NCBI GenBank assembly: GCA_016748015.1
Contig: JAAOMT010000128.1
Span: 875,538 to 939,537 of the forward strand
Direction: 5' to 3'
DNA length: 64,000 bases
Source of the DNA: Geosiphon pyriformis uo1
Taxonomy: Eukaryota > Fungi > Glomeromycota
The notes beneath the pieces were generated by a model. That model saw only the letters and a list, made by a program, of their open reading frames with translations, did not search any database and had not been told where the DNA came from. The translations under genes and the position numbers were made by a program. Shown here in pieces: positions 28,298 to 41,610 of the stretch; within the stretch, counting starts at the first letter, position 1; the number at the start of each line of letters is the position of its first letter.

Positions 28298-30644
28298 TGT
28301 TCTTCCTCAACAATATAAGGATAGAAAGTAAACTCCAATGCAATCTTTTACACCAATCATACTTTTATTTAAAATTTTAATATAAGAAATCCGAAGAGTT
28401 TGAAGTCTTTTCATATCAAAATTAGAGATCATGCTTATTTGTTGAAAATATCAACGAGAAAATCTTTGAATAATTGTCTATCCTTTTCATTTGGAGCCTT
28501 TGGAGTGAGAGATAATTTCAGTGAAAACATTTCCAAGTTCTTTGAAAAAAATGGGTCTACCTTTTTACCATTATCAAGAGCCTTTGGGAATTCCCGCGTC
28601 CAACACTGAAGATGGTATTGGGCCCAATCAATTTCCTCAAGTAAGTTTATATCAATCTGTACTTGAGGCATATAGGTCACTTGTGAAGTCGTGTTAATTG
28701 CTTGAACAGAATTTCCATCATCCAGATTTATAAAAGAAAATAAATCCATTTCACTATTGGTTATCCCTGCTTCATATTTGGGCTTTTCCTGGACATCTGT
28801 ACACTTGGTGGAGCTCAAACCTTCTGAAACATACCTATCCTGGTGTGAGAAAAATCTCTCATCAATTTGATCTTTAGGGAAAAATTATTATGAAAAGTCA
28901 ATGGGATAAAAAAATTTAACTCATTCTTCGACCCGATTAATTAAGAAAAGTTACCCCAAACTGCCCTACCCTTTCCTTTCATCCATTCATACCGTTTTTC
29001 CAGATCTTTAATAGAAACGTTAATTTTTTTAGGAAGATCTTGATTTTTTTCTTTATTTGGTGTATTTTCAAAATCCTCGGGAGAAAGGGCGGCTGTTTTT
29101 GGAGGCTCTTTATCTTTTTTCTTTTTGGATTCATTCTCAAAACCTTCGAGAGATGTGCTGGCTTTTCCTGGAATTTCGACACATTTTTTCTCATCGAGTT
29201 CATGTTCTTTTTCTCCTATGGTAGATCTTGTTGGGACTTCATCATCGAACGGAATCAAAAGGTGAAAATTTAAAGGTTCTTTGATCTCATTTTTTGCTTT
29301 TTCAGTTTCTTGAGCGTTGAATTGGTGCTTTAGATTTCCCTGGTTATTTCATTGCATTCAAACAACCTAAAACAAAGATCAAAAATTATTTTAAATTAAT
29401 TTCAATCTTACCGCTATCTTTGATTGGTTCTCAAAATGTTGTTCCGTTTCTCTTTGAATTGGGATTTGAAAATTGGGGATATTAATCCCAAGATCCTTAG
29501 GATATGATCGTTTGAAAATCATTTTTGCTTTTTCCCTATTATTTAATTTGGATCAATAAAATTTACAGATTAAATACGGATAATATAAAGTACCGACCTT
29601 TTATAATTAAATTCTTCAGAGCCGTTTCCTTCATCATCCGTAGAGCTCTGAGATTCCTTGGGAGAATTTGAAAATTCCAGTAATATTTGCCGATAGTTTA
29701 AAAAGAATAATCTCTCTTCCTCTTAAATTATCTGAATGTTAATCATGACATTAAAAAGGACCTTGGAAGTTACCTGGTTTAAATCGTCAGGTTGATTAAG
29801 TTCCAAACTCCCTTTTTCAGTCATTTCAGTATGGGTAAACGAACTTGGTTCCAAGTTCTCTTCTTTTGAAGTATTTTCTTTGAGATGAGTTCCAATCGGA
29901 TCAAGGATATTCTTGTTGAACTGGTTTGTATAATTAAAAACCCCATACTTAACAAATGGGTAATATTCTAAGATTTTTCCGAATTTTTAAAGTAGGGCTT
30001 TGGTTATAATAATACAGAACTGCTGAATAATGAAAATAATCTCAAGTTTTTTATTGCATAGCTAAAATATTGATTTTTCCCAAAAAATAATATATGATTT
30101 CAATAATACATCAAATCAATTCCATTCAATTTTTCCGCTCACCTCCTCACAACTTTCTAAACCAAATCCTTCTGTTTCTTTAAAATAATTTCTTTTGAAA
30201 GCCTCCATAAATTCGTGGTTATTTTTCTGTTCAATTTTTATGAATTCTTCGTCCTCTAAATCCCGATTTACTAGGCTGCATCCATCAATTCGAATAAATT
30301 TTTCATGCCAAGGATGTTTGCTTGTTGTCATTCGAACCTGATCAGGCCAATCGTGAGGAACATAGCCATAACGCCATCCTTTTTCTGGATCTTTGAAATC
30401 GATACCAGTAATATCATTTAAAATCGTCTCCCTTCCGACTTCCTCTTGTCTTTTCGATGGAAGTAATGAGTGAACCTATTTGCAGGGATAATAGATTTAG
30501 GTTCGAACTATTTTTTGTTGTCTTTTTTGATTAAAAAGTTAACAAAAATTTCAAACTCACTTTCACCTGTGGATGTCCAAAATTCTTTTCCGATAAATAT
30601 CGTTGATAGTTATGTTTGAGATTTTTATCATATTGATCACCCAT
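27680..30644 (-). CDS. Multi-exon hypothetical gene (possibly pseudogenised)
   Basis: ATG at 30644, exon MGDQYDK..PQVK with GTGAGT donor, further coding-like ORFs 30116-30331, 28941-29258, 28435-28818; 3' exons uncertain. Confidence 0.55.
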
Positions 30645-31795
30645 GATTTAGGATGAAGGATATAAGGGTCGAGGGAAATATTTAAATGATAAATATTTAC
30701 TTTTAAACTTTTTGATAAATGGAACTGGTTTAAAAAATATTTATAGTGTTTTTGAATGAGAATATATAATCAAGTAGATGACAATGTTCTTAAAAAATAT
30801 TCTCGTGATGATAATTCAGGTTTGATATCAAAGAAATTCTTTATTAACTTTGTGAAAATTAGTAGGATATCTTTTGATGAATCATTTTGTAACAATAATG
30901 AGAAGCCATCAGTTTCTAATGATGTAACTTAATAGAAATATTTAGTGTTTTGTAATCTCATTTATTTTTGTGTGATATGGTATTGGTAGAAGTGTTTTTA
31001 CTAATACACACATACACGATGACATATTTTAGAAAAAAAACTATCCTCTAATTAATGAGTGGCGTGTGACTTTATCATTGAATCAAATCTTGACTTGGGA
31101 TTAGTCATTTAAATAGAGTACTTTTTTTGGGGGAGAGGGGGGGAAATATCATAAAGATTATTTATTTATTTTTTATTTAATTAATGGAACCAAAAATATA
31201 AAAAAATTTTAAACATAAAGTTGTCAAATTTGCATTATTTATTATGTGATAAAAATTTTAATAAATTGGTTAACAATAAAAAAATCTTTATAGGTAAGCA
31301 CGGAAAATTTTCTAATGAACTTGTTCAATATAAAACTTATAATTGAAAAAAATTAAAAAAGGTCTTGCCTAAATTTTATATAATCATTTTTAACTTTTTA
31401 TTCACATTCTCAAATGTCACATTTTGAACTTATTTCCAGTCCTATATATTACCTCCAATTAATTTGCTTTCCCTTTTCTGGACAATTTTCCCCAAAAAAG
31501 TATTACTTGAGAAGTTTCAATTTTTTTTACCATAGAAAAATTTATTTTAAAATTTTAAAATAATTCAAACAAGGAATCCCTAGAAACCCTCATATAATCA
31601 AAGTTTTTTTTAAAAAAAGATATTTGAATTTTGAAACCTTTCGTACTTTTTTTATCCTTTAGCAATATATAAATGCGCATAACAATATATGCATTTAATG
31701 GGGAACATTAATATTTGAATATGGTAGGCTGGAAATTGTCCTTCTATTTCATTTTTTCCTATCATAATCCAAAAGACTTTTAACCGTTCGTTCAT

Positions 31796-32818
31796 TCATT
31801 CATTCGTTTCATACATCTGGTCAACAACATCCGTAATAATGACATAATTCTTCAACATGCGTTCCAAAGCCAACACCCGTTTCCTCAAAGCCAAGATTTC
31901 TCCCTCAAAACTCTTCCTCTCAAACATCTTTTCGCTATCTTCCAAAAATGGTAACTCGATTCTCATTCCACTCTTTGCCATTCGACTGTAAAATCCCCTT
32001 TGTTGCTTCCAAAACACAACTCTAGTAACATATCCCCAAGGATCTATGCGAAAACTACCAAATAATAAACAATAAATGATCGATAAAATAAAAAGAAGAC
32101 CACCTAAAGCGGACAAGAAATCCCAATTTGTGTACGATAGATATTCTCTTCGTTCTGTGATTGTGGTCTTGTATTCTTGAACGTAGAATTTTGTAAAACC
32201 TGATGGTGATTTAGTACCGAGATTTAATATTGGAAGAAATTTAAAAGATCGAGAAAAGGTTGGTTCAATTAGATTGTGATTTCGGATTTCGGTGTATTGA
32301 AGGTGATATTGGTATCCCAATGGAACGGTGAATCGGTTCATTGGTTCGCTATCGTTTATGTTTGAATCTTCAAAAACTGTTACTCGAATCACACCATCGA
32401 GATCATTGCTGAAGTTTCCAATCGGTGAAACAAAGAATCCAAAAATTGGCGCTTCTTCCGTATAATATTCAGGATATTTGTCACCATCAAATACAAAACA
32501 CGATTGATCTTTATTCGACAAATTATTAACAAACTTATTCAAAGATGACGTATTTTGTCTAGGACCACCAAGTGAAGTGTTAACATTTAAGACAACATCA
32601 AGAGTCTTGCCATTTAAATCTTGCAAACAGAATTGTATCGTTGGGGCAAGCGTCTTAACGTCCCAAAGAGTGGTATATTTAACCAGGGGCAAGTGAAAGG
32701 CATCGTATTTTCGAAATAGATTTTGAATAATGCATGTGATAATTACGACAATGCCGAATATGATTGTAATGGCTCTCGCAAGTTGTTCAGGGGCACTAAG
32801 AAAATTGTGAGCAACCAT
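31796..32818 (-). CDS. Two-TM membrane protein with a large extracellular loop (340 aa from first ATG), intronless
   Basis: TM1 AITIIFGIVVIITCII; beta-rich loop with 2 Cys; YTNWDFLSALGGLLFILSIIYCLLFG..DPWG; C-terminal coiled coil. Confidence 0.8.
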   Translation of the reverse strand: MVAHNFLSAPEQLARAITIIFGIVVIITCIIQNLFRKYDAFHLPLVKYTTLWDVKTLAPTIQFCLQDLNGKTLDVVLNVNTSLGGPRQNTSSLNKFVNNLSNKDQSCFVFDGDKYPEYYTEEAPIFGFFVSPIGNFSNDLDGVIRVTVFEDSNINDSEPMNRFTVPLGYQYHLQYTEIRNHNLIEPTFSRSFKFLPILNLGTKSPSGFTKFYVQEYKTTITERREYLSYTNWDFLSALGGLLFILSIIYCLLFGSFRIDPWGYVTRVVFWKQQRGFYSRMAKSGMRIELPFLEDSEKMFERKSFEGEILALRKRVLALERMLKNYVIITDVVDQMYETNE

Positions 32819-33849
32819 GATTATTTTCAAATTTTCTTTCGAGAGCAAAAATAATTAACTTCACTCCAAACTAAAAAAGAAATTAGGAATCCTCATTCAA
32901 AGTTATATCCAACGAAACCGCGTCAAATTTTCCTTGTGATAAGTTTTTCGTTATGTTCATGATTTGATGGGCTCTCAAGGATGGCTTGATGATAAGCGCA
33001 AAAACAAACAAAAACAGTTCATCATTCCTCGAATTAGAAAGAATATCGAATTACAGCCCGTGAGACTTTGAACGAGATGGGAAGTTTCTCATGTTAGATG
33101 AGACAAAAGTAGCATAGCTTTAGAATTGGGCTTGCAATTGACAAGGTATCAAACAAGTAAAATCCAGGAAAAAAAAAAGCCTGATTTATTAAATGAAAAG
33201 AAGGGACTCTATTATTATTTGGATTGTTGGGATTTGATAATAAAAATGTGGCGAAGATGTGAGTGTGACTTCTATGATAAAATTTTTTATTTGAATAAAT
33301 ATTGAGTTTGGGCTTCTACGAAGAATCTGAAAAAAGTTTTTATTCGCCACTGCCGAGTTGAAAAAAAAATATTAAGCACATTTCCAAAATGAAAATTTCT
33401 TAACTCAGGGTTAGAATCCGAAAAAGTTTAAGCTTCGAATGAAGACTGTGCTTGGCTAACAAATTCTTGTGCATTCGAATTGTAGAGGTTTTTAGTTTTT
33501 AATTTTCCCATGAATATTAACCCTAGTTTTAAATAAATTCCCAATAGAAAAATTCTTTGAACAAAGAAATCTCGGAAAATTCTTTAATGAAACCAATTTC
33601 TTAAACCTAGTAAGATGACTCGGTGGCGTTTTTGGAATTATTGTGACTTGTAAAATAATTTGAAAATTTTTTTTTTCACTTTTGAATTATCATCTTGTTT
33701 TTTGGTTTTGATTTTTCTTGTTTATGCATTATTGATGAACCAGTTGTTTAATTAACACTGGTAATTAATACCACCTGACATATTTTTGTAATGCCATTTC
33801 ATGAATTGTTGATATTTTTTGTTAAAACTAAAAAAAAAATTTACTTTTT

Positions 33850-33858
33850 CAAATTATA

Positions 33859-33893
<35 letters not shown>

Positions 33894-35550
33894 TTAAATT
33901 AATACATATAATTTAAAAATTTTCTTAATAATATAAAAAATTTATTTATTTTTTTGCTAAAAACTAATTAATTTACTAACTATAAATATATTAATTTGAA
34001 TTTGAATTACTGAACTTAAAATAAGTAATTGTTTTATAAAAATAACTTTTTAAAATTTTAAGAATTAAATATTTTATAAAAAAATACTTAAAATTATTTA
34101 TAAATTAATATTTAAATTGAATTTTTTGAAACATAAATTATTATTTATATTAATTTTATTGTTAATAATTTAATAAAAAATAATTTTTCTTATATAAAAA
34201 TAAATATAGATTATATATATTAATTTTTTAATATTTTTTAAGTAATTTATAATGTTTTATAATTAAAAAATATTTTATTATAAACAAAACAAATATGTAA
34301 TTTTATTGACAACATAATAAATATAATTATATTAATAATTGGTCTTTTTAAGTATTTTTAATAATACCAATATAAATAGATAATTAGCAAGCTTTATTTT
34401 TTGAAAATATGTTTGTTTATTATAAATAATCTTTAAAATTATATATTTTTAGGATTTTTTTGTTATAATACTGTTAAAATTGCTTTTGGTATAATATTTA
34501 TACTTAATATTTATAAAATTAATAATTTTTATTTAAATTTAAGTTAGTAAACAACAGAATATTTAGCAATATTATTAAATAGTTTATGATTATATTTAAT
34601 ATTATAAATTATATAATACCAGTATTTATTAATTTTGAATAATTATTTATATATAATAAAAAAACAAGTTATTAATTAAGTTGCTGTTTTTTATTTTTGA
34701 TCTTTTAATATAAGTTTTTTAGAAACATTATATTCATTTTTTTGATTATATTTAAAAGTAATATAAGTACTATTATCAACAAAACATTATTTATAACTAT
34801 ATATTTTTAATAATATATAAAAATATTAAAATTTTGTATTATTTTACAAAAATTATATAATATTTTTGGAGATAATAACATTATATAAATATAATTTGTA
34901 ATTTTATAAAAAGATATAATTAAATATAAAACTATGATATAAATAATTTTATATGTTAAGAATAAGTTAATTTAACAAAAAAAGTGGATTAATTTAGCAA
35001 TTCCTTAAAAATTTTGTTAAAATAATAAAATTTTAATAATAATTTAATTGTGTTTTTAAATAGGTTTTTTTTATAGCTTGATTTTAATTAGATTTATATC
35101 TAATTACATATAAAAAGTATATAAATTATGTTTATTTTAAAACACTTAATTATTGTATTATAATAAATAATAATAATAATAATAATTATAAAATTTGCTT
35201 AAATTTAATAAAATAATTTAAATTACTTTATTGATAAAATGAATGTAAAAAGGTTTTTTGGTATCTAACTTAATGTGGTTTTAACATGAATCTGGATGGT
35301 TAGTTACGTATAAAAATGCAAAATTTATATTTAATTTTAAATATATCTAGTTAAACCATTAATAAAAATTACATATGTACTGTATATATATATTATGTTC
35401 TTTACAATAATTAATTACATAAAAATTATTATAATAAAATTTATTCAATAAATTAATTGAAAATTAATATTATTATATTATAACATGTAATAATTTAAAT
35501 TTAATTAAATAAAATTGTATATAAAATATAACTTAACTTAAATAAAAATT
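33850..35550. other. Extremely AT-rich eroded tract inside the gene island
   Basis: Near absence of G/C, no ORF. Confidence 0.5.
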
Positions 35551-35559
35551 GTTATAAAA

Positions 35560-35861
35560 ACAACATATGCATTTTTACGTAAATTTTCACGTTCCCTCAA
35601 TCGCATAGGCAACGAAGTGTTTGATGCTTGTAAACTTGTTGTATACCAAGGTGTTAAACCATCTTCAAGCATGTGAGGTTGGGTATAATTTTAAAGAGAA
35701 GCATGATTAATTGTTCGTATTATGGCCTCTTTTATGCGGGAAGAGGTGGGTAGCAAAGGTGTTCGTTCACTAGAGGGAATATCTGCACTATTTGTAAGGG
35801 CATTTTCAGATGAAAATGGTGTCATTTGTGGTTTTAAGTAAGGTGAATTCGACATTTTCAT
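35560..35861 (-). pseudogene. 5' fragment of a probable vacuolar membrane protein gene (SERTPLL motif) with in-frame TAA at 35691-35693
   Basis: MKMSNSPYLK..SSERTPLLP..HASL*NYTQPHMLEDGLTPWY..; the frame then dissolves into the AT-rich tract. Confidence 0.45.
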
Positions 35862-36109
35862 TATTGGTTATCAGTTATTTTGTTAAGGGGGAGAAGGTTG
35901 ACTGGGTCTTTTCAAGAACAATCATTTGTAAATTACTAACTTTGGGAAAAATAATTTATATGGATCACACTTTAGTGCAACGTTGACAATACCGCGCGAT
36001 TTTAATTATTTTTGATTCGCTTTTTTCTGGCGCGAAATTTCGCTCGAAAAATTTCAAATAGATTGAACCTAAATAAATAACTTCAACTCTTAATTGTACT
36101 CCTAAACAA

Positions 36110-38169
36110 TTAATTATGAAAATGATTGTCCAAGTAATTTTGATTGCTGCCTTCCTCTAAATTGGTACAGTTCCTTCGTCCACCAACACCAGACTGAAAC
36201 TGCATTTCAACATTCTTTTTCCGTCGCTGGCATTTGGCAACTTCCCAATTCCAATTAGTGGTAATCACTGCCCAAAAAGTACCGAGAGCGATGAGAAAAG
36301 AAGCCAAAGTCAATCCTAACCAAAGGCCCTTCAAGCCAAATCCGTACTTAAATGCAAGTGAGAGGCCCAAAGGGAGCGCAGCCAAATAATACCCAAAAAG
36401 ATTAAAAATTGCGCCAATCTTTTGGCGTCCTTGTCCACGAAGAATACCATCACCAATACCAGCTATTCCATCCGCAATCTTAGAAAAAGGTTTCCTTTTC
36501 AGATATTGTTCAACATGAAAAGCATTTATTGTTATTAATTTTAAGTTTGGTTGTTTCAGTTACCTGGAAAGAAGCGCATAATGGCAAAATGCTTGCTACC
36601 ATAACAATAACTTCGGCATCGTTTGAGAATAAATACCTAATCATTCATTAAATGGGTTAGGAGCTTAAGATAAAGAAATTTGGAATTTACATGCAACTTA
36701 CCCCCAATGGTTTCTAAAACCAAACAAAATACTAGAATTACACAGAGCAGAAATGACCGAAAGAGCTAAAGACATTTTTGCTGTCATTTTTGCGCGTCCA
36801 GGTAATCCGGCACCGAGAAAATTACCGATACGATTCGAAGTAGAAACTGCGATACCAAACGGTATCTGATAAACTAAACTAGCAGTAGTTAAGACGACAC
36901 TTTGGGTAGCCAAAGCAAGGGGTCCCAAGTAGCCAGCCGCGAAAGTGACAAGTTCGAAGGCCCACCATTCTGCACAGACCATCAGGACACTAGGGAAAGC
37001 AAGCCTCAAGAAAGAATTCCAATCTTGAAGACATGTACGCGTCCAACCTCCCCATGCTTGATAACCATCCAAGTATACAGTGTAGAGAAACAGAAGAAGG
37101 AACATCAACCAATAGGTAATTGAAGTAGCCACTGGTGCTCCGATAAAACCAAGAGAAATTGGTTTATACCATACTAACGAATAGTTTAAAATCAAATTTA
37201 TTATGGAGCAGACTGCTAAGACATAGGTACTAGCTTTCATAATGCCTAAATAATCAGAATGAGACACATCAATAAACAACCAAAAGTTTTCAGATCTCGA
37301 ATTCCACAAAGCATACCTTGTGCCTGTAGATACTTTTTCAAACACTCAAATGCTATATAAGCCGGTGCACCGATTAATAAATATCTCAAAAAGAGACCTG
37401 CTTTATTGGCCAGTACTTTATCCTGTCCAAGGAATACGAGAATTCGTTCCACCTCCCACCAACTAATCGCAATGGGGAAAAATCCGATCATGATAATAAG
37501 AAGAGCTCGTTGTAAATAGATACCAACCATTTTTGGGTTACCCGATGTCCATGCTTGTGAACAGAGTGTTTCGAGAGCTGAGGCAGCTCCTAAGGCGACC
37601 GAAAAACCTGTGACGCCAGCGTACTGATCATACACAGTGTAAACTTAGATGTTGGGATGCGACAAGCAAAGAGGTCTTTTAACTCTGAAGGAAAATTTTA
37701 CCATTGAGGCTAAAGCCGATGCAGCCAGTTCTACTGAACCCTATAATTCAGAGAAAACCAAGTTAATAATAACATTGATCACTCCTGCATCTTCAATGCT
37801 TTTAGTTTTAAATCCCTTTTCAAAAACTCACCAAATGGCCTAATGAAAAGATACCAGCAATTTGCAGCGAGTACTGCATGAAATATGTCAACGACACAGG
37901 AACGGCCTTTTTTATCAAAAACCAGGCTTCACCAAGATCATATGCAGAATCATCACTGATGTCAACTAATGGAATTTCCTCTAGCCGAACGTCGGTCTCT
38001 CCATCCGTAGAGCTCTGGGATTCCTTGGGAAAATTTGAAAATTTCCAATGAATAATCTCCCTTTCTCTCAAATTACCTGATTCTTAATCATGTCATTGAA
38101 AAGGACCTTTGAAGTTACCTGCTTTAAACCGTCAGGTTGATTAAGTTCCGAACTCGCTTTTTCAGTCAT
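36110..38169 (-). CDS. MATE family multidrug/toxin efflux transporter; exons ~38050-37832, 37740-37702, 37623-37317, 37245-36702, 36636-36564, 36478-36110; start uncertain
   Basis: GHLGSVELAASAL, ALETLCSQAW, YLQAQG, EWWAFE, RIGNFLGAG, GILRGQGRQKIGA, GLKGLWLG; internal introns are GT-AG and phase compatible. Confidence 0.92.
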
Positions 38170-38756
38170 TTTAGTATGAGTAAACGAACTTGGTTCCAAG
38201 TTCTCTTCTTTTGAAGTATTTTCTTTGAGATGAGTTCCAATCAGATCAAGGATATTCTTGTTGAACTGGTTTGTATAATTAAAAACCCCATACTTAACAA
38301 GTGGGTAATATTCAAGAATTTTTCTGGTTGAAAGGATGGCGTTATGGCTATGTTCCTCACGATTGACCTGATTAGGTTCGAATGACAACAAGCAAACATC
38401 CTTGGCATGAAAAATTTATTTGAATCGATGGATGCAGCCTAGTAAACTGGGATTTAGAGGATGAAGAATTCACAAAAATTGAACAAAAAAATAACCACGA
38501 ATTTATGGCGACTTTCAAAAGAAATTATTTTAAAGAAACAGAGGGATTTGGTTTAAAAAGTTGTGAGGAGGTGAGCGGAAAAGTTGAATGGAATTGATTT
38601 GATGTATTATTGAAATCATATTTTATTTTTTGGGAAAAATCAATATTTTAGCTATGCAATTCTGGATCTTTGAAATCGATACCAGGAATATCTTTTAGAA
38701 TCGTCTCTCCTCTTGTCTTTTCGATGGAAGTAATGAGTGAACCTATTTGCAGGATA
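38002..38756. repeat. Rearranged ~750-bp duplicate of 29635-30489 (direct/inverted/direct blocks)
   Basis: 38002-38324 = 29635-29979 direct; 38331-38660 = 30053-30382 inverted; 38661-38756 = 30384-30489 direct. Confidence 0.92.
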
Positions 38757-38840
38757 CAGGAGTACCTCTTTAAGCGCACACCCTTGGGACCAAATATATT
38801 TATGCACTTAAAGAGAGTATGCAAGACAGATCTAGCACTA

Positions 38841-41037
38841 TGTTATCACAAAATTCCTAGCAGGCAGCAAATTTACGAATTTCAAACCACTCTTTATGCT
38901 TTATAACCATATCTTATTTGCTTCTTTTTTATCTTAACTTAGGTAACAAGTCTTTTTATACTATTTTCTATTAATTTAGTTTTATAGATATAATATTACA
39001 TAAAACTTTAAAAATATGAGACTTGGCATTAAAATAATGCCAATTATTTCAAGCTGCAGTATTTTAATTTAACTTTTTTTATCACATTTATATTTTATAT
39101 CTTTATATTTATAATATTTTAAATATTCAAAGTTGATTAATTATTTGTATAAATATTCCAATTTGAATTAACAAATGCATATAACAATGTTAAAATTACA
39201 TTTTTAAGCTTAAATAGTGATTATTAACCTGATCAATGATCTGACTGTTGACTTAATCATTAATTTAATCATTAACTTAGTTGTTAACCTAGTTATTAAT
39301 CACTTTTAATAGCTATATAAGTGATAAGTCTCTTAGTTGTAAAAGAATATGATCAAAATAATGAAATAAAACCCATTATTAATTACTTTCTTTCATATTG
39401 CTTATTCTTTTTTTTCTACCTTTAAATATCTGAATATCTTAAAATAAAAAATTACTTGTTGGTTTTTACATATCTTATCTTTTCTCTTTTTTGATTTGTA
39501 TTTGTTAGAATTAGTCTAAGAAGTGATTGTTTGCTCTTGTAATTTATTGAATAAAAAAACAATTGAAAAGCACAACAATACCTGTTATTAATTTTAAGAA
39601 TTGCTGAATTAAAGCATAAAATAATAACAGTAGTATTATTTTGTTGACAATTACAGACTATTTTTTTATTTTCAAATTTCCAGAAAAGATTTACAACTGT
39701 AATTTTTATGAAATTGATTATACATATTGAATTCTTACTCATTTAATTCACTTTTTTATTGTAATTTTCTTTTTGATTAATTTTATTACTCTATAATTCT
39801 GTTTTTTTTTGTTATTTATTAGTTTATTACTCCAACTCATAACAATATGACTTAATAAAAAACTCTAAAAAACAAAAGGAAAAAAGTAGCTAATAATATA
39901 CAAAAGTCACAAGAAAAGCAAAAAAAATAACACAACAACTAGTTACCAAATAAACCAATTAAATTTAAGATTAAAAACAAAGTACTTTTATATTGTACTA
40001 AAATGAAAAAACAATAAAGTAAAAAGTTTGATTTTAAATAAAATAATTTATTTTACATTAAAAAAATTCTGAAAAATAAAGCATATAAACTAAGATAAAA
40101 CAACAAAATTTTAGCCAAAACAATACATAATAATTAATTAAAACCATATTATAATATAGCATTATTATTTATTAGTAATATTTTATAATTAAAAGTACAA
40201 AAAATATTAGTTAAACCAAATAAGATTCCATAAAATCTAAAACAAATTATATTTATTAAAGCAAACAAGTTAATTTGATCTATTAAAACAATATAAAAAG
40301 AACAGCTAAATACAAAAAAAAGAAGAAAAAAAAACAATAAAAATTATAGATGATATTAATTTTATAGTACAACAACTATTTTAACTTATTAAACATCAAA
40401 AATCAGATTTAAAAATTATAATTAACAAACAAATAATACAATACAAAAATACAGAAACAAAACAAAGATTCCAAAACAAAAAACAATATTCTATATATTA
40501 TATATCTAAAAATACAATAAACAAAATAATGAAAAAAGTAAAAATAACTCTGAAAACTTCAAGGATAACAATACCAAATGAAGAATTAACCTTAAAAAAT
40601 TGCAATCAATGAAAACAACAATTCTTTAAAAACTTTTGTTACTATTACTTAAAACAAAAGCTAAATATTCAAAACTTGTATATTGATAAAACCAAGAAAA
40701 TATTTAATCCAATTATATTGTAACAAATAAAACAATTTGTAGAAAAAAGCAATTTAGCCACATATATGAAAGCCATCTACCAATTACAACTGGGATTTCA
40801 AGACTATCCAAAAATATTGCTACATTTAGCAATAAATATAATAACTATTAATTAGTTGAAAAAAATAACAAATGCTTAATTTAAAGAATTACAAACCAAA
40901 ATCATAAAGACAATTTTAGAGAAAAAAGTAATAGAGCTAATTCAAAATAGAGATTTAAGAGAATTAGGAAAATTAAGAGATTTAAGAAATTTAGGAAATT
41001 TAGGAGATCTCGATAAAATATTAAAAGAAGAGAATAA
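38841..41037 (+). mobile_element. Decayed LTR-retrotransposon debris, including an integrase C-terminal GPY/F region (~39900-40150)
   Basis: Eroded translation KFKIKNKVLLY..KQ*SKKFDFK..FYI..AYKLR resembles FKIGDKVLL..WSGKFDPKW.GPFYI..GAYKL. Confidence 0.55.
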
Positions 41038-41179
41038 TGTTACTCATAGAAAATAGGCGTAGTAAAAAAAAAATTCCAGGATTTTTTTCAAGAAATTTTA
41101 AGATTCCAGAATTCCAAGATTCCTCTCAAAGAATTGAAGGATTTCAAAGAATCTCGTATAATGAGAATGATGTATATAT

Positions 41180-41610
41180 GGGGCAGACTGCAACAAAACC
41201 AGACAAAGTGAACATTCTGTTTTGTGACATAAATGAGAGGCTGATTATGATGTGGCTGTAAAATTGACTAGCGTGACTGAAAAGTAATAATGGTGCTCAT
41301 TCATAACTTATGGACTTGTTAATTTTAATGCTCACTTTATCATACCAGAATGTGATGAATATAAACCATAACATGATTAATATAGGATTATCTCTATATA
41401 AAAAAATATTAATATGAAATTAGTTTACATTAAGTCCACCATGGAACCCAAGAATTACAGTACTATTCGAAGTATATTAAAGAAAGAACAAGGAGAAAAA
41501 ATTGCTCCATATATTTTTAAAATGAATGACACCAAAATTCTCGAGGAATATCTAGATAAAGAAAAAATCACTTATGAAATTTACCAAGAGGAAAGGAAAA
41601 TCATAACTAA
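41180..41610 (+). repeat. Left TIR
   Basis: GGGGCAGACTGCAACAAAACCAGACAAAGTGAAC...; its reverse complement aligns to 47605-48047. Confidence 0.85.
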
